Shown here piece by piece: positions 37,256 to 50,702 of a stretch of DNA of 64,000 nucleotides. The DNA is from Callorhinchus milii (Eukaryota), in contig NW_024704742.1 in assembly GCF_018977255.1 (NCBI RefSeq), positions 96,846,001-96,910,000 of the forward strand. The letters are read 5' to 3'. Each line of letters starts with the position of its first letter. Within the stretch, counting starts at the first letter, position 1. The translations under genes and the position numbers were made by a program. The notes below the pieces were generated by a model. The model was not told the DNA's origin and searched no databases. It saw nothing but the letters and a program-made list of their open reading frames with translations.

Positions 37256-37474
37256 GGGACATTTCACTTAAGACATCTCAAAGAACTTGACAAATAGTGT
37301 ATTTTGATGGACAAGATGCATTAGCTGAACGGAAAGAAGAAATTTAAAATGTTGACCAAAGGCATGGTCAAAGTGATATGATTTTAAATGATTTTTGAAG
37401 TTAGAGAGAGGTTGCAAAGCAAAGTGGGTTTGGAAGGGCATGCTTTTTCAATAGTTATTACATTATAGCCGCTG

Positions 37475-39382
37475 CTAAATTGTCGTTCTACTCCAAGACA
37501 ATCTTGGAGGCCAAGGAGAACCCCAGGCTCCTCTTCTCCATCACCAGCCGGCTCCTCTGCCCAACCTCTCACGCCTCACCCGTCCTCACCTCCAATGCCA
37601 ACTGCGATGTGATGTCGCAGTGAGGCGATGCTGACTTCCTCAAATCCAAAGTTGAGAGGATCCACTCAGCTGCCTCTGCCCTTCCGCCTACTACCCCCTC
37701 CCCATCTCCCCCTCTCACCCTGGCCCCTATGAATCCCTCCTTCCACACCTTCGAACCTGTCTCTCACTCCTCTCTCACCATGACTATAACCCACATGAAA
37801 CCGACCACCTGCTCCCTCGACCCCATCCCTACCGCTCTCCTTACCTCCCAGCTCCACCTCCTTGCACCTTTACTCACAGACATCATAAGCCTCTCTCTGT
37901 CCACTGGTACTGTTCCCACCCCATTAAAAACAGCCATCATCACTCTTATCATTAGAAAAATCCTCCCTGGACCCATCACTGCTCTCAAACTGCTGCCCCA
38001 TCTCCAACCTCCCTTTCCTCTAAGATCCTGGAATGAGTTGTTGCTTCCCAGCTTTGCTCCTTTCTCTACCGCCACTCCCTTCACAAACCCCTCCAATTGG
38101 GTTTCCATTCAGTCCATAGCACAAAAACAGTCCTGGTCAAAGTGACAAATGACATTCTGTCCATCTGCGACCAGGGCTCCCTCTGCCTCCTCATCCTCCT
38201 TGACCTCTCTGCTGCCTTCAACACCGTTGACCACTCTATCCTCATCCACCGCCTCTCCTCTCACCTCAACCTTCACGGCTCTGTCTTTGACTGGTTCGAA
38301 TCGTACCTCTCACACCGTCTCCACTTCATCTCCACAAATGGTTTCTCTTCTAGCCCCCGCACCATCTCGTTCAGCATTCCTCAGGTCTCTGTCATTGGTC
38401 CCCTCCTCTTCTATACCTATATGTTCCCTCTTGGTAACATCATTCGCAGGCATGATGTCAACTTCAACATGTATGCGGATAACACCTAACTGTGCCTCTC
38501 TACCTCCCCCCTTGACTCCAGGACCACTGCTGTCCTGACAGAATGTCTGTCAAACATGAAGGCCTGGACAAGACCTAACTTTCTTCAGTTGAATGCCAAC
38601 AAGACCGAGGCCCTCCTGATTGGCTCCCGTCAGCACCTCCACACCTCAAGCACTGACAGCATCACCAACCATGGTTGCACACTTCACCTTGCTAAGCCAG
38701 TCCAGAACCTTGGGATCTTGTTTGAACCTCAACTATCCTTTCTACCATCTGTGCAATGACCTGCTCTGCCTTCCCCCAGCTCTGCAACATCACCTGGCTC
38801 TGTCATTGTCTCACACCGAAACCCCCGTGCACCCATTCATTACATCGAAGCTTGACTGAGCAAACTCCTTGCTTGTCGGCCTCCCTAACTCTTTCCTCCA
38901 TAGGCTGAAGATCATCCAGAACTGCAGCCTAAGTCCTCTTCCGTGCGAGACTCCGTGACCCTATCACCCCCATCCTCGCCTGACTCCACTGGCTTCCCAT
39001 CTTACAGAGGATACAGTTCAAGATCCTGGTCCTCACCTTCAAAGCCCTCCATGGTCTTGCTCCCCCCTACCTCTGTGACCTCTTCACCCCCTACCATCCT
39101 GCCCATTCCCTCCACTCAGCGGGCTCCGGCCTGCTTCACGTTCCCCAGGCGGGCCTTCTGCCACTTTGCCCCCACCCTCTGGAACTCCACCCCGTAGTCC
39201 CTCCGCCTCACCCCCTCCCTTGCCTCCTTCAAGACCCATCTCATGACCCTCCCCTTCGGCCGTGCTTTAGTTTTCCCTGCTTCCCCCCTGCCCTCCACCC
39301 TCCCCAATCCTGACCCCCAGTTGACTGTCAGGCACCTTGGGAAGTCCTGCTATACAAATGTAATTTTGTTTTGTTGTTGTTA
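37475..39382 (+). mobile_element. Degraded L2 LINE (RT to 3' tail)
   Basis: [25 protein letters not shown], PQx[30 protein letters not shown], with frameshifts and stops. Confidence 0.93.
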
Positions 39383-40499
39383 TAGCTGTTTAACAGCTGT
39401 AGCATCTCCTCTATCACAATGCTGTTATCTTGTAGGTTAAATAAGTATTTAAACTCTGACTGTCCAGGGCCTTGGTAAATCCATTGTTTAAATCTATCAT
39501 TGTTTAAAAACAAAAGTCAGCAGAGTCCTCTGTCAAGAAATCAGAATAATCAATAAAACCAGCAGAAAAGTGACTCACCTATTTCTTAAACTCACTGTTA
39601 AATGTTCTGGTTAAATTTGTAACTTGGATTTCATCTCAGAAAGTAGATATGTATCAGTTTATTCATGAAAGGCCAACCCAAATCTAAAAAAATTGTGGTA
39701 TCAGAAGCAACATTAACCAGTCCTCGAAATATTTTCCACCCACACCAAACAATTTGTATTGAACATGAAAATTTGTATCTTAAAAATGATCTGAACGGAA
39801 GACTACCACCTTGTTCTTGGAAAACAAAATACTGAGGATATTTTTTTTAAACTGTCAGTAACACATATTTTGGCAACAAATACCTAAGTTTGTCAGGGAT
39901 GGATGAATTGTCATCACATGCTCAGAAGAAGAAAGAAGAACACTGGTATGTATGTTCAGTTCCCAGTAATGTTCAAGTAACACGTTGAACCTGTGTATTG
40001 GAGTCACATATGTTGAGTTGAGGGCTTTGGTTGCACAGAGCACCAGGACACATGCGCGGGTTTGCGGAGCTGCACCTGTGCAGTGATGGTCCAGGTCTGG
40101 AGGGAGCCGGAGCTGCAGGTGAGTGTTGCTGCTGCGGTAATGATTGCGGCAATCCGACCAGTACCAACCAGCCCTTTGCACGGCCTCGGCCTCCTGGTGC
40201 TCCTTTGCCCTGGTGGCGGCGGCAGCAGCAGCATTTAGTATTATTATTATTATTATTATCATCGTAAAGGCGTCGTTGCAGTGAGAGGTCTGAGCTGATA
40301 ATTCCGCCTCTCCAAAGGGATGCAGTGGTTGATGTCAGCGCTGCATTGATTTCAGTGTCTGCTCTTGTTTCTGGGGGCGGTTCTGGATAGCGCGGTTCGT
40401 GCATTTTTTTGTGTGTGTGTGTGTGTGTGTGTGTGATGATGATGAATGATTTTGTGCGCTGTAACGTTTTAGGAAACAACAGGAAGAATAACAGCCCCT

Positions 40500-40580
40500 T
40501 TCCAAGTCCTGTTAACTTTCCCTCTGGCGCTCCACCTTATATAGCAGCCTTTAAAACAGCAGCACACCGGAAGTACATTT
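40500..40580 (-). promoter_or_regulatory. Candidate Pol II promoter (TATA + ETS) facing left
   Basis: TATATAAGG on minus at 40543-40535, CCGGAAGT at 40567-40574, adjacent to a CpG-rich block at 40030-40460. Confidence 0.45.
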
Positions 40581-41554
40581 AAACGATGACTTTAAATCTG
40601 TATCCAGGGGGGGCAATCCTTCATCACACTTCTAAGTAAAGACGCCGCGCTGGGGAGCAAAGATAATAATCCTCGCATTGAAGATGCGCTCAAACCAGGG
40701 CAGCAGTGATGCCTCCTTTAAGGTGCGCTAAATCATCAGTAGGGCAGCACTGCCTCCTTTTAAGGGGGAAAAAAAATAAGTGACTGTTATATGTTTGATG
40801 CACATCTAATGCGGTAAATCACTGGCAACTTACCCTCTTAGATCTCAGACAAGACGTGACATTAATCGTGGCAGTGAACACAAAAGCGACTGACCATTTG
40901 TGTTCCTGGCGATTCGATGCTATTTGCTCTTTCGTTTAAAATTGTGCCAAACACTGGGGAAGAGGACTCGATAATCGTAGAGTATTGCACAAGTTCAGCT
41001 TTGGCGAAAAGGAGAAAGAAAGCCACTAGAGAGCAGCGCAGGAAAGAGCGCTCCGACTGAGCTGCAGCTTCTCTTTCTTCTACATGGGCGATGTGGGTCT
41101 GGCTTTACCTTCTTTGGCAATGCAATATTTCGCAGAGAAATTACCTCGATTTAGGAGGAGGGGGAAGGGGATCCGGATCCGTGTGGTTTGCTTTTGCTGC
41201 ATGGCAATCGTGGGTTGAAAACGGGAATGAAAACTCTGATCCCAAATCTGAACATGATCTTTTCAGATTTTCCTCGTGTGTTCCTTTAGCATCCAGGGTT
41301 AAATTCGTGTCGGTGGGGTGGGGGTGGGGGGTGCAATGGGAGATTTATATCAATATTAATTGGCCACAAAAACATGACACCAAATAGTTCCTCTATATTA
41401 TTGTTGGATTTCAAATAGAAGCAAACAAAACGTTGAATCAATCTCAATATATTTAGAATGCTTGACAGAAATGTATTCATAAATGATAAGGTAGTACTTT
41501 GTGTGAAATCCAAACTCCATTCTAACATTTATTTTAAATTAATTACATAGTAAA

Positions 41555-41975
41555 TAATACTTGCATTTGATAGGGTGCCTTATCAAATCAAAGCATCTCA
41601 AAACACTCCATACAATGAGTCACTTTGAAGTGTAGTGTCTTTGAAGTGGTAGTTATCATGGCAAATACAGTAGCTAATCTGCACTAGATGTGTCCAACAG
41701 GTAGCAATAAGATGAATGAGCAATTTATCTTTTGGCAGAGTTTATTATCAGTGAATAATGCAAAGGACACCAGGAAAATGCCCTGCTCTGTAATACACTG
41801 CCTTGAGATTTGTAACAATACATTTGAACTAAAGCTTTACATCTCATCCAAATGATTACATCTTTGATGGTGCTGAAGTATCCAAGTTCTGCACTGAAGT
41901 CTCAACCTATTTTATGGGTGGGTATTGAATCCAGACCTAGTCAGAGGCAAAACTGCCACTAACTGAACAAGGCAA
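41555..41975 (-). mobile_element. Old Deu-domain SINE
   Basis: Reverse tail (aatacttgcatttgatag...), degenerate core and head. Confidence 0.5.
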
Positions 41976-44900
41976 ATTGATAAGAAATTCTACATTCTTC
42001 AAACAAGTGTCAAATTAGCATAATTACGTTAGATTCATAAATTAATATATACATTTTAAAAAAAAGCTCATCACTTTACTGAATGCAAAATACAGGAGAG
42101 AAGCTCAGACCTGGTTTAGGCTTATTTTTTAAAAAAATATATTGTTTAGTGGTATTTATGTGTTCATTTGAGCCTCACTCTGGGATAAACTCATTGTTAG
42201 ACAGATACACCAATGGAGTGCACTGGGGGAATGCGAGATTACCATATGTGCAGTATCATTTTGAGCTGAAGAAGCAGCTTGAATATTCAATGTGTGCGTT
42301 TTCCTGTACGATTGCCGTATGTAAAATGGCTGTCGTGTTTGCCAACAAATAACAGTCACTAAACATGACAGTAATTACCTTGAAGCATTCTGAAAATTTC
42401 AAAATTATAGGCACTTTACAAATACAAATTAATTTTTAGAGTAGCTCATGTAGTTTCGGAATGCTTCACTATATTGTGATGTGCTGTTTCAGATTGTATT
42501 TTGTAATCCTGTGCTATCTTCAGCTTTCCTCCTGGAGGCTGTATCCCTCTGTTTGCATGTTGAATTTATAAATTTCTACTGGCGCTGATGTAATTGGCTT
42601 TCAGTTGGTATGAGTATTAACTAGAGTATATGTGTAACAGGAAGAGGAAGATTCAGTGCCACAATCTAGATTGATTTGGGTCAGCTTTTTTTGTGCAAGA
42701 TGAAGGAAGTCAGGTGATGGAAAGTGAAGGTTTTTTTTCCCTGGTGTCCTGACCAACAATCCTCCAGATACAATTGGTCATTCACTTAATAATAATAATA
42801 ATTTGGTCACCCAAACCACGACTCTTTGTGGGACACTGCTGTGCATAATTGTCTGCCATTTTTCACCCACAAAATGTAGTCAATTCACTTTACAGTATAT
42901 TCTGTGAAGCACTTTGAGATGTCGGAATGGCATAATAAGGTGCTATATCAAATGCAAGGATTTATTCTTATTATTACTACATACCGTTTTGAAATTCCTT
43001 AAAGTGTTTCACAGTGATGACTGTTGTGTTTAGTGACTTTTTTTGTTGGCAAACTGGGCAGCCAATTTGGGCATTGCAAACTTACTGAATAAAACACAGG
43101 GTGCTCAAAGCTCAAATTTTGAATACTGCACACATGCCAGTCCAGCACTCCTCCAGTGCTGCAATGGACTATCAGTCTAGAACTGAGCTCAAGTTCCAAA
43201 ATGGGGCTTGAACCCATAACCCACCAAACAATATTTTACTTAAAAACGGGTTTGTTCCGAAACTAGGTCTACGTTTATATGTATGTGTGTGTATATATAT
43301 ATGTGTGTGTGTGTTTGTGTTGCATTTGTTAGTCTTAACTTCTGAGTTATGTTACATTGCAGAAAAGGGTTACATGTATTCCAACCATTAATGTATTATA
43401 CTCCCAATAGTACCCGAGCTACACACAAAAGAAGTTACGTTGTTTAATCACATTTCGCAAAGGACTTTAAACACTGACACATAGACTTCTTCTCTCCAAC
43501 GTCTCATTGGACAAATGTATTGTGGAGTGTGATTCTGAACATGAAGACTGTTGCCTTTCTGGAGGCTCGGTTCACTGCAGGGGCAGGTGGGGCTGTGTTT
43601 GACAGAGGCAAATAGCCTGCTGGCCTTGAATGTCCAAGCTCACCCGTGAGGAATGGCCACTTGGGACTGCTCTGGAGCATTGCAACTGTATCCCAGCACA
43701 AGTCAATTAATTCACGAGAGAAGAATTGGAGAAGGAAAATGGCAGCATTTTCCCCACCAATGAGGCTCGATTGCTATGCGCATTCCAGAAGTGCACTGAT
43801 CAATACCTTCTCCGGTTTGTCTACAATCTACGCAATGCACTTTCCATCATCTCTGGACGTGTGAGACACCAGCCCGACCCCATCCCGAATCACTAACGTA
43901 ATTCCCAACTGAATAGTGCCGTTGTTATTTGTGTCTGACATGATGTATGGAGCTGCACAGCACTGTGCGGGTAGAAAGGGTTACTGGTAAAGCCACGGAA
44001 GGCTCGGCGGTGGCTATAACATGTGGACGAATCCGTTCCTGTTAGTTGGAAGCACAGGTTTGGTAATAACATTTACCAATTGTGTAACATTTAGCAGTTT
44101 GTGGAACGTCTCACAGAGCGCCGAATGTTTCAGACGGCGAAATTATGAAGATTGCAGTGGTGTTAGAAAGCAGTGCACATAACCGTATACATGTTATCCT
44201 TTCTCGTACACTGCGTGTCGCGTGTTAAAACCTGGTGTGCTGGAAAGATCCTTAAAAAGGTAAAGAACCACACAGGTTTTGTCCAACAATTACCCGCACT
44301 GTAATATCGATGGATTATTTACGACGAATGCTTAACTGACAGCAACGCGCGGAGGATGTCACTGGAATGGATCAGCCCGTTATAGCGTTGTGCAAAACCT
44401 GCGCCCCATTTCACAAAGACCACTCATTGGCTTCGGCACTTTCCACCGCATCGAAATTGTAACCCGGAATAACTCATCAGCACATCCAGCGGGGAATGTG
44501 CTGCTCAAATGTGAACCAAATGCAACTGCTACGTACGTGCACATTCCGAGGCAAAAGAGGAGCAAGATCCCCACCCCCACCCCCACCCCACCCACCCCCG
44601 GCTCCTGTCCATCTGTCTAGACTCAGACCTTGAAGAGCCAACAATTGCAGCCAAGCTATTGCCCTAATATATTGCAGACTTTTATAGCCTGTAACCAACC
44701 TCACTGTTATTTAGTAGTTGACAAGTTACGATCCGTCACTTCACTTGCAACTTTAATGAAAGGTTATTTATTATTATTGTTATTGTTATGGTTGACCCTG
44801 GAACAATGTAGCTTGCCACCCAAATTGAAATAATGTACTGTATAGCCAGTGCCACCGTCGTATCTGCTTGTTCGTTTTTTTTATTTAAAAAAAACAAATC

Positions 44901-45892
44901 GGGATTAATAGAAAGATACCCACCAGCCCTTAATGAGTTAATATTCTTTTAACAAATGAAAATACACCCAAGTCGTTTTTTTTTTGCATGTTGTGCAATC
45001 GAGTGACCGTCCCATTGCATCAAGTGGGGGGGGGGGGACATGTGGCAGTGCTGATTTAAATTTCGGTGGTGTCTCACTCATTAAATTAGATCAAAGCTAT
45101 GAGCAGGTCAGTTTTTAACAGTCATTCAACTGGGAGTACAGCACCGTTCACACTCTTCACCCCTTTCACCCCGATCCTAAATTAACGTCTCAAGATGACC
45201 TATTTCTGACTTAGTGTACAATCCGCACGTATCGTCCAGAAAGATAAATAAATCGCAGTTGGGGAACCAACTTTACAAGAATCCTTTGCTGGTTACAATT
45301 GACCACTGTGCTTCACATCGCTTTCCGTCAAGGATTCAGTCTTCAGCGTTGTTGCTCGTCGTAAAATGAACTCAACTCCTTTCCCTCCTCCCCAATGCCT
45401 TTAAATTCCATGAGCAATCTCATTTGATACAGGGAGCATCATCCTCATTTATAATGGAATGAAAAATGCAGGGAAAGGGGGGGGGAGGGAGGGGGGGGGT
45501 GCAAAGTCAATGAGAAAATGAGCATATTTAGAACATGAACAAATATATAGGTTAAAATACTAGTTAAAAACATGTGTTGAGGTGGGGGGGAGGTAGAGGA
45601 AAGAGGGCTATTATAATCACTGGATTATTTGTCGGGTGTGTGTGTGTGTGTGGCTTTTGCTGTGCAATGGTTGGGATTTTTGGAGGTGAATTCCCAAGTC
45701 TCTCTCCAGGATTTGCAGTGAGAGTGAGTGAGTGAGAGATTGTGAGTGGGTGAGTGAGTGAGTGAGTGGGTGAGTGTCCGCCATATTCTCTCCAGCTCAC
45801 CACGCCCGTGGATCTGGTGGAAAGCAGCAGTCAGTCAGTCAGTCAGTCAGGGACTCTCACTCTCGTTCTGTCCGCTCTCAGCCGCCTTTCCA

Positions 45893-46567
45893 GCCGCACC
45901 CCGAGCCCGCACCCCAGCCCTCCCCGAGCCCGCACCCCAGCCCTCCCCGAGCCCGCACCCCAGCCTCCCCGAGCCCGCACCCCAGCCCTCCCCGAGCCCG
46001 CACCCCAGCCCTCCCGAGCCCGCACCCCAGCCCTCCCGAGCCCGCACCCCAGCCCTCCCCGAGCCCGCACCCCAGCCCTCCCCGAGCCCGCACCCCAGCC
46101 TCCCCGCCCGCACCCCAGCCCTCCCCGAGCCCGCACCCCAGCCCTCCCCGAGCCCGCACCCCAGCCCTCCCCGAGCCCGCACCCCAGCCCTCCCCGAGCC
46201 CGCACCCCAGCCCTCCCCGCCCGCACCCCAGCCCCGAGCCCGCACCCCAGCCCTGAGCCCGCACCCCAGCCCTCCCGAGCCCGCACCCCAGCCCCGAGCC
46301 CGCACCCCAGCCCTCCCCGAGCCCGCACCCTTGCCCTGAGCCCGCACCCCAGAGCCCGCACCCCAGCCCCGAGCCCGCACCCCAGCCCTGAGCCCGCACC
46401 CCAGCCCGAGCCCGCACCCCAGAGCCCGCACCCCAGCCCCGAGCCCGCACCCCAGCCCTGAGCCCGCACCCCAGCCCTGAGCCCGCACCCCAGAGCCCGC
46501 ACCCCAGCCCCGAGTCCGCACCCCAGCCCTCCCCGAGCCCGCACCCCCGAGCCCGCACCCCAGCCCC
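45893..46567. repeat. C-rich minisatellite (about 23-bp unit) upstream of GNAQ
   Basis: GAGCCCGCACCCCAGCCCTCCCC with shortened variants toward the 3' side. Confidence 0.95.
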
Positions 46568-47073
46568 GCCACAGGCAGAGGCAGACCAGCGCCCCGCACA
46601 ACAACCGCCCATTGCAAAGCTTTGCAAAAAAAAGAGAGAGAACAACATCCCATTAAAGAGGGTGTCGCAGGATACACTTAAAAGCCCCACTGAAGCCAGA
46701 GAGCAACGAGAGAGGATTACAGACCCCCCTCTGCCCACCCCCCACCCTCTCCCTCTCCCCCTCCCTCTCACTCCCTCTCACTCTCTCTCTCAGTTTGGAG
46801 ATTTTCTTTAATAGGGGTCGTGTCGCTTCGTTATTCTCTTCGATTGCGTTTGTTTTTTCTCTCTCTCTTCCCCCTCCACCCCCTTCCTCTCTTTTTTTTT
46901 TGGTGTTTTTTTGGGGGGGTTAAAAAAAATCCCAGACCCCCCCCCCCACTCCCCCCTTCCCCCAACCCAACCCCCACCCCCACCCCCACCACTCCCCCCA
47001 CCCCCTCCCTCCCTCTCTCTAAAAAAGAGAGATCGTTTGAAAGAAACATTGTCATTTCTCCCATGTTCAGTGA

Positions 47074-47472
<399 letters not shown>

Positions 47473-47531
47473 TAGATTTTTTTTGCTGTTGTTGCTCTAT
47501 ATGTGGTGGTGGGAGAAACATACAAACACCG

Positions 47532-47569
<38 letters not shown>
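47532..47569. repeat. poly(C) tract at the start of GNAQ intron 1
   Basis: About 38 consecutive C. Confidence 0.9.
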
Positions 47570-47570
<1 letters not shown>

Positions 47571-48074
47571 ACACCCCCTCCTCCTCCTCCTCCCAACGCA
47601 CACAGATAAGGAATGTTGTCAGGAATTATCTGTTTAAAGTGGACAGACACGTAACGTGCTGTATCACTCTGTAAAGGGAAAAGGGGGTTATATGGATACC
47701 TGACGTGTGTATGTTTAAAACAAATCGGAATCGTTAATCGAAGCTGTGTTTGTTTCAGGAAAGTAACGGGAATGGTTGTGCATGTTTATGTAAGGGTGTC
47801 TGTATGCCTAACGCCTTTTTACACACACACACGACACACACACAACCCCACCTACTCGCACCCTTACAAACGCCATGTATTCATTCAGGGAAATTATGGC
47901 ATTGCTTCATGTACATTTGTGGTGACTGGCAAATCAGGCTCAGATCGAGCTTGGTCAGTTTGATTTGTATAAAACCACCAAGACTTGTTTGCACTTGAAT
48001 GTTTTATTTTAGTAGTATGGAAATGAGAATTATTATATTGCTTGTCACGCCCCGTTCATATTTGAAAGAAGTCA

Positions 48075-48500
48075 ACCTGGGTATCACTCTCCTCTCTGAC
48101 CCAGAAGTTTGTGGGTTCAAGCGCCATGTAGGGACTTTGACCTCATCATCCAGACTGACATTCCAGTGCACTGCTGGGGAAATACTGGGGAGCTGGAGGT
48201 GCCATCCTTTGGATAAGATGTTAAAAGAGGTCATGCTTCTTTGTATGGATGTTAAAGATCCCGTGGTACTCTAATAAAAGAAAGGGAGCTCCTCCCAATG
48301 TCTTTACCATCAATCCGCAGCTAACATTGATCATTCGTTTCATGACTATTTGTGGGAAATTGCTGTGCACGTATTGGCTACTGCATTCACCAACAATTGC
48401 ACAATCACTACACTTTGCAGTAAAATCATGTGAAGCTCTTTCAAATGTGTCAGTGATATAATAAGGCCTAATATAGAAAATACAAAGATTTTTTATTGTT
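48075..48500 (+). mobile_element. Deu-domain SINE
   Basis: cagaagtttgtgggttcaagc...ggaggtgccatcc...gttaaagatcccgtgg...tttgtgggaaattgctgtgc. Confidence 0.72.
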
Positions 48501-50702
48501 TGTCAGATTTCCATGATGGGGTATCAGGAAGATATTTTGGGAATTTCCTACTTGTGATAACAAGTATCACAACAGCAATTTCAGCTCTCTGCGTGCATCC
48601 CTCTGCAAAAATATGATTATCACAGTCTGTTCTGATGTGCTTTGGATAATTAATTTTATTTACCAGTCACTTCTGAAGGTTTTTTGTTGGAGCAGTATAT
48701 TATTTGGTCACTGGATATCTAGTATGAGTCGGAAACCTAACCAAATTAATGGAAGTTCAACAAATGCATGGTTTACACTTATTTGCTGTGGAGTATACAC
48801 TCTCTACTCAGAGGGACAAACCCCACACTTAATCCCAGAGAATTGAGGTGCAAGTTTGCAAGAGCCAAAGTTTGGGAACCCCAGAGGTGTGTATTAAGGG
48901 TATTGTAGGATTTTAAATAAACCCACACAACTACCCATTGCCAAATAGTGATAAGATTACATTACTTGTCCAGCAAGTACCATCCTACTTGCTAAGGCTT
49001 TGAATAGCAGTGTTATCTGTAGCTAAATGAGAATAAACCCAACCACCAGCGGCTGATCTACACTTCCAAGTCTCACTAATGAGCCAGCCTGACTGCTCCA
49101 TCATCAACAATGCCATGGAGTACTGCAAACCTGCCTGCAAAGGTGATGGATAAATGAGACTGTTGCAGAGGAACTGCTTGATACTGATCTTCCATTTCCA
49201 GACGCGTCACTTTGGGGCCAACAAAGAATGACCTGCTTGCCCTTCGTCCCCCTCCCCCACTACCACTACAAAGAAGGATAGTCACTTGTGGTCATTAGGC
49301 ATGTGACAATTGTGGGTTTGAGCTCTTGCTAAGTGAATTGTAGGAACCAGAAACTCCTCATGAGCAGCAAAGTTCATCATTAAATATATTAGCGCATTGC
49401 CACATTGTCCTTTACCGCAGCCATGAAGGCAGACACATACATGCCATTGAGTGGTGGTTGCATTCCATTTCATAGAATTGAATGTTTGCATTAAAAGAAG
49501 TCAAACGTGTCGCAAGTTTGAACATAAATCTTTTAGATGAAGTACGTTTTTATTTTAATTGCATGCTTTCTCGCAACTTTGCAAGAGCTTGTGATACTTT
49601 TAGCATATCCAGTTAAAATAGGTTTTGGCCACATTATTGATCGTACAGAAGTTTAGTTCAGCCCATATAACCCAAAATGAGGAAGGAGTTAAATTCATCT
49701 CTTTAAGACTGATAATTGGAGTATCTTGTATCTGATAACTAAAAATAGGTCACCTATTTTCAGTTACAGCTCATTGTGACGTAATACTTAGAATTCTTTG
49801 AATGAAACCAATTATTTATTATATTATATATAATATTTGTATTGCTATTTTCATATAAATTTTTGTAGCTTGATGCATTAGGGAAGGAATATGAAAAGCT
49901 AGTGTGGAGAGACCACTGCTAGATATCATAATTGCAAAATAACTGTACTTGGTTGAAATGGGCACAGACAAGGGGTCAGATTTCACTAATGTGAAGCTTT
50001 TTGAGAAAAGAAAATCTACAGAACTAGTCACTAGTAAGGTTAACCAGTGGGAATTTACATATATGGACCAAATTGGAGGTGGAAGTGCAATGGCCAAAAT
50101 GGTATATATTTAAAGAAATCTATTCTGGTGTTGTTTGAAGAAAAAATACCAGGTGCTTTTATTGAGCCATGTTACGTAACATCTGAATTCAAAATATCTG
50201 AGCGGATGCTCTGCTTCTCATCAGAAAGTAGGAGTGCATGCACCACATTATCATGAGTGAATGAATCAGATCGCAGTTGCAGTGAGGGATCATGTGTATC
50301 CAGATCATATGAGATGTCTTTATCTGTTGGACAGAGAGACAGATTGCCTCAAATGATATTTACATCTTGGGGCACATCCAGGAGATTTGGATAAATGTGC
50401 CTATTTCCCCACAACCCCTCAAGAAATCCTGCTGGGTTCTGGTTGCCACCTGTGTAATTAACCTGTCTTAAAATACAGCAAAAATAACACATCTATTCAA
50501 TTCTATTGACTGAAAGCTGTAAATGCAGTCACTACATGTGAGAGTAGCAATCTTGAAGCTGTTTGAGATGTTTCAATTGTAAGGCACTATATCAAATGCA
50601 AGTTATTATTCATGTGTATCAAAATTGGTGATGTCTGGCTTGCAGTTTTAATAGATTTCTTAATGAGGGATCCTTTTAAAATTCTGTTTAACTGTTATGA
50701 AT

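Noticed and set aside
45758..46771. Six overlapping PEPAPQPS / GLGCG ORFs
   Set aside because: Stop-free translations of the 23-bp minisatellite.
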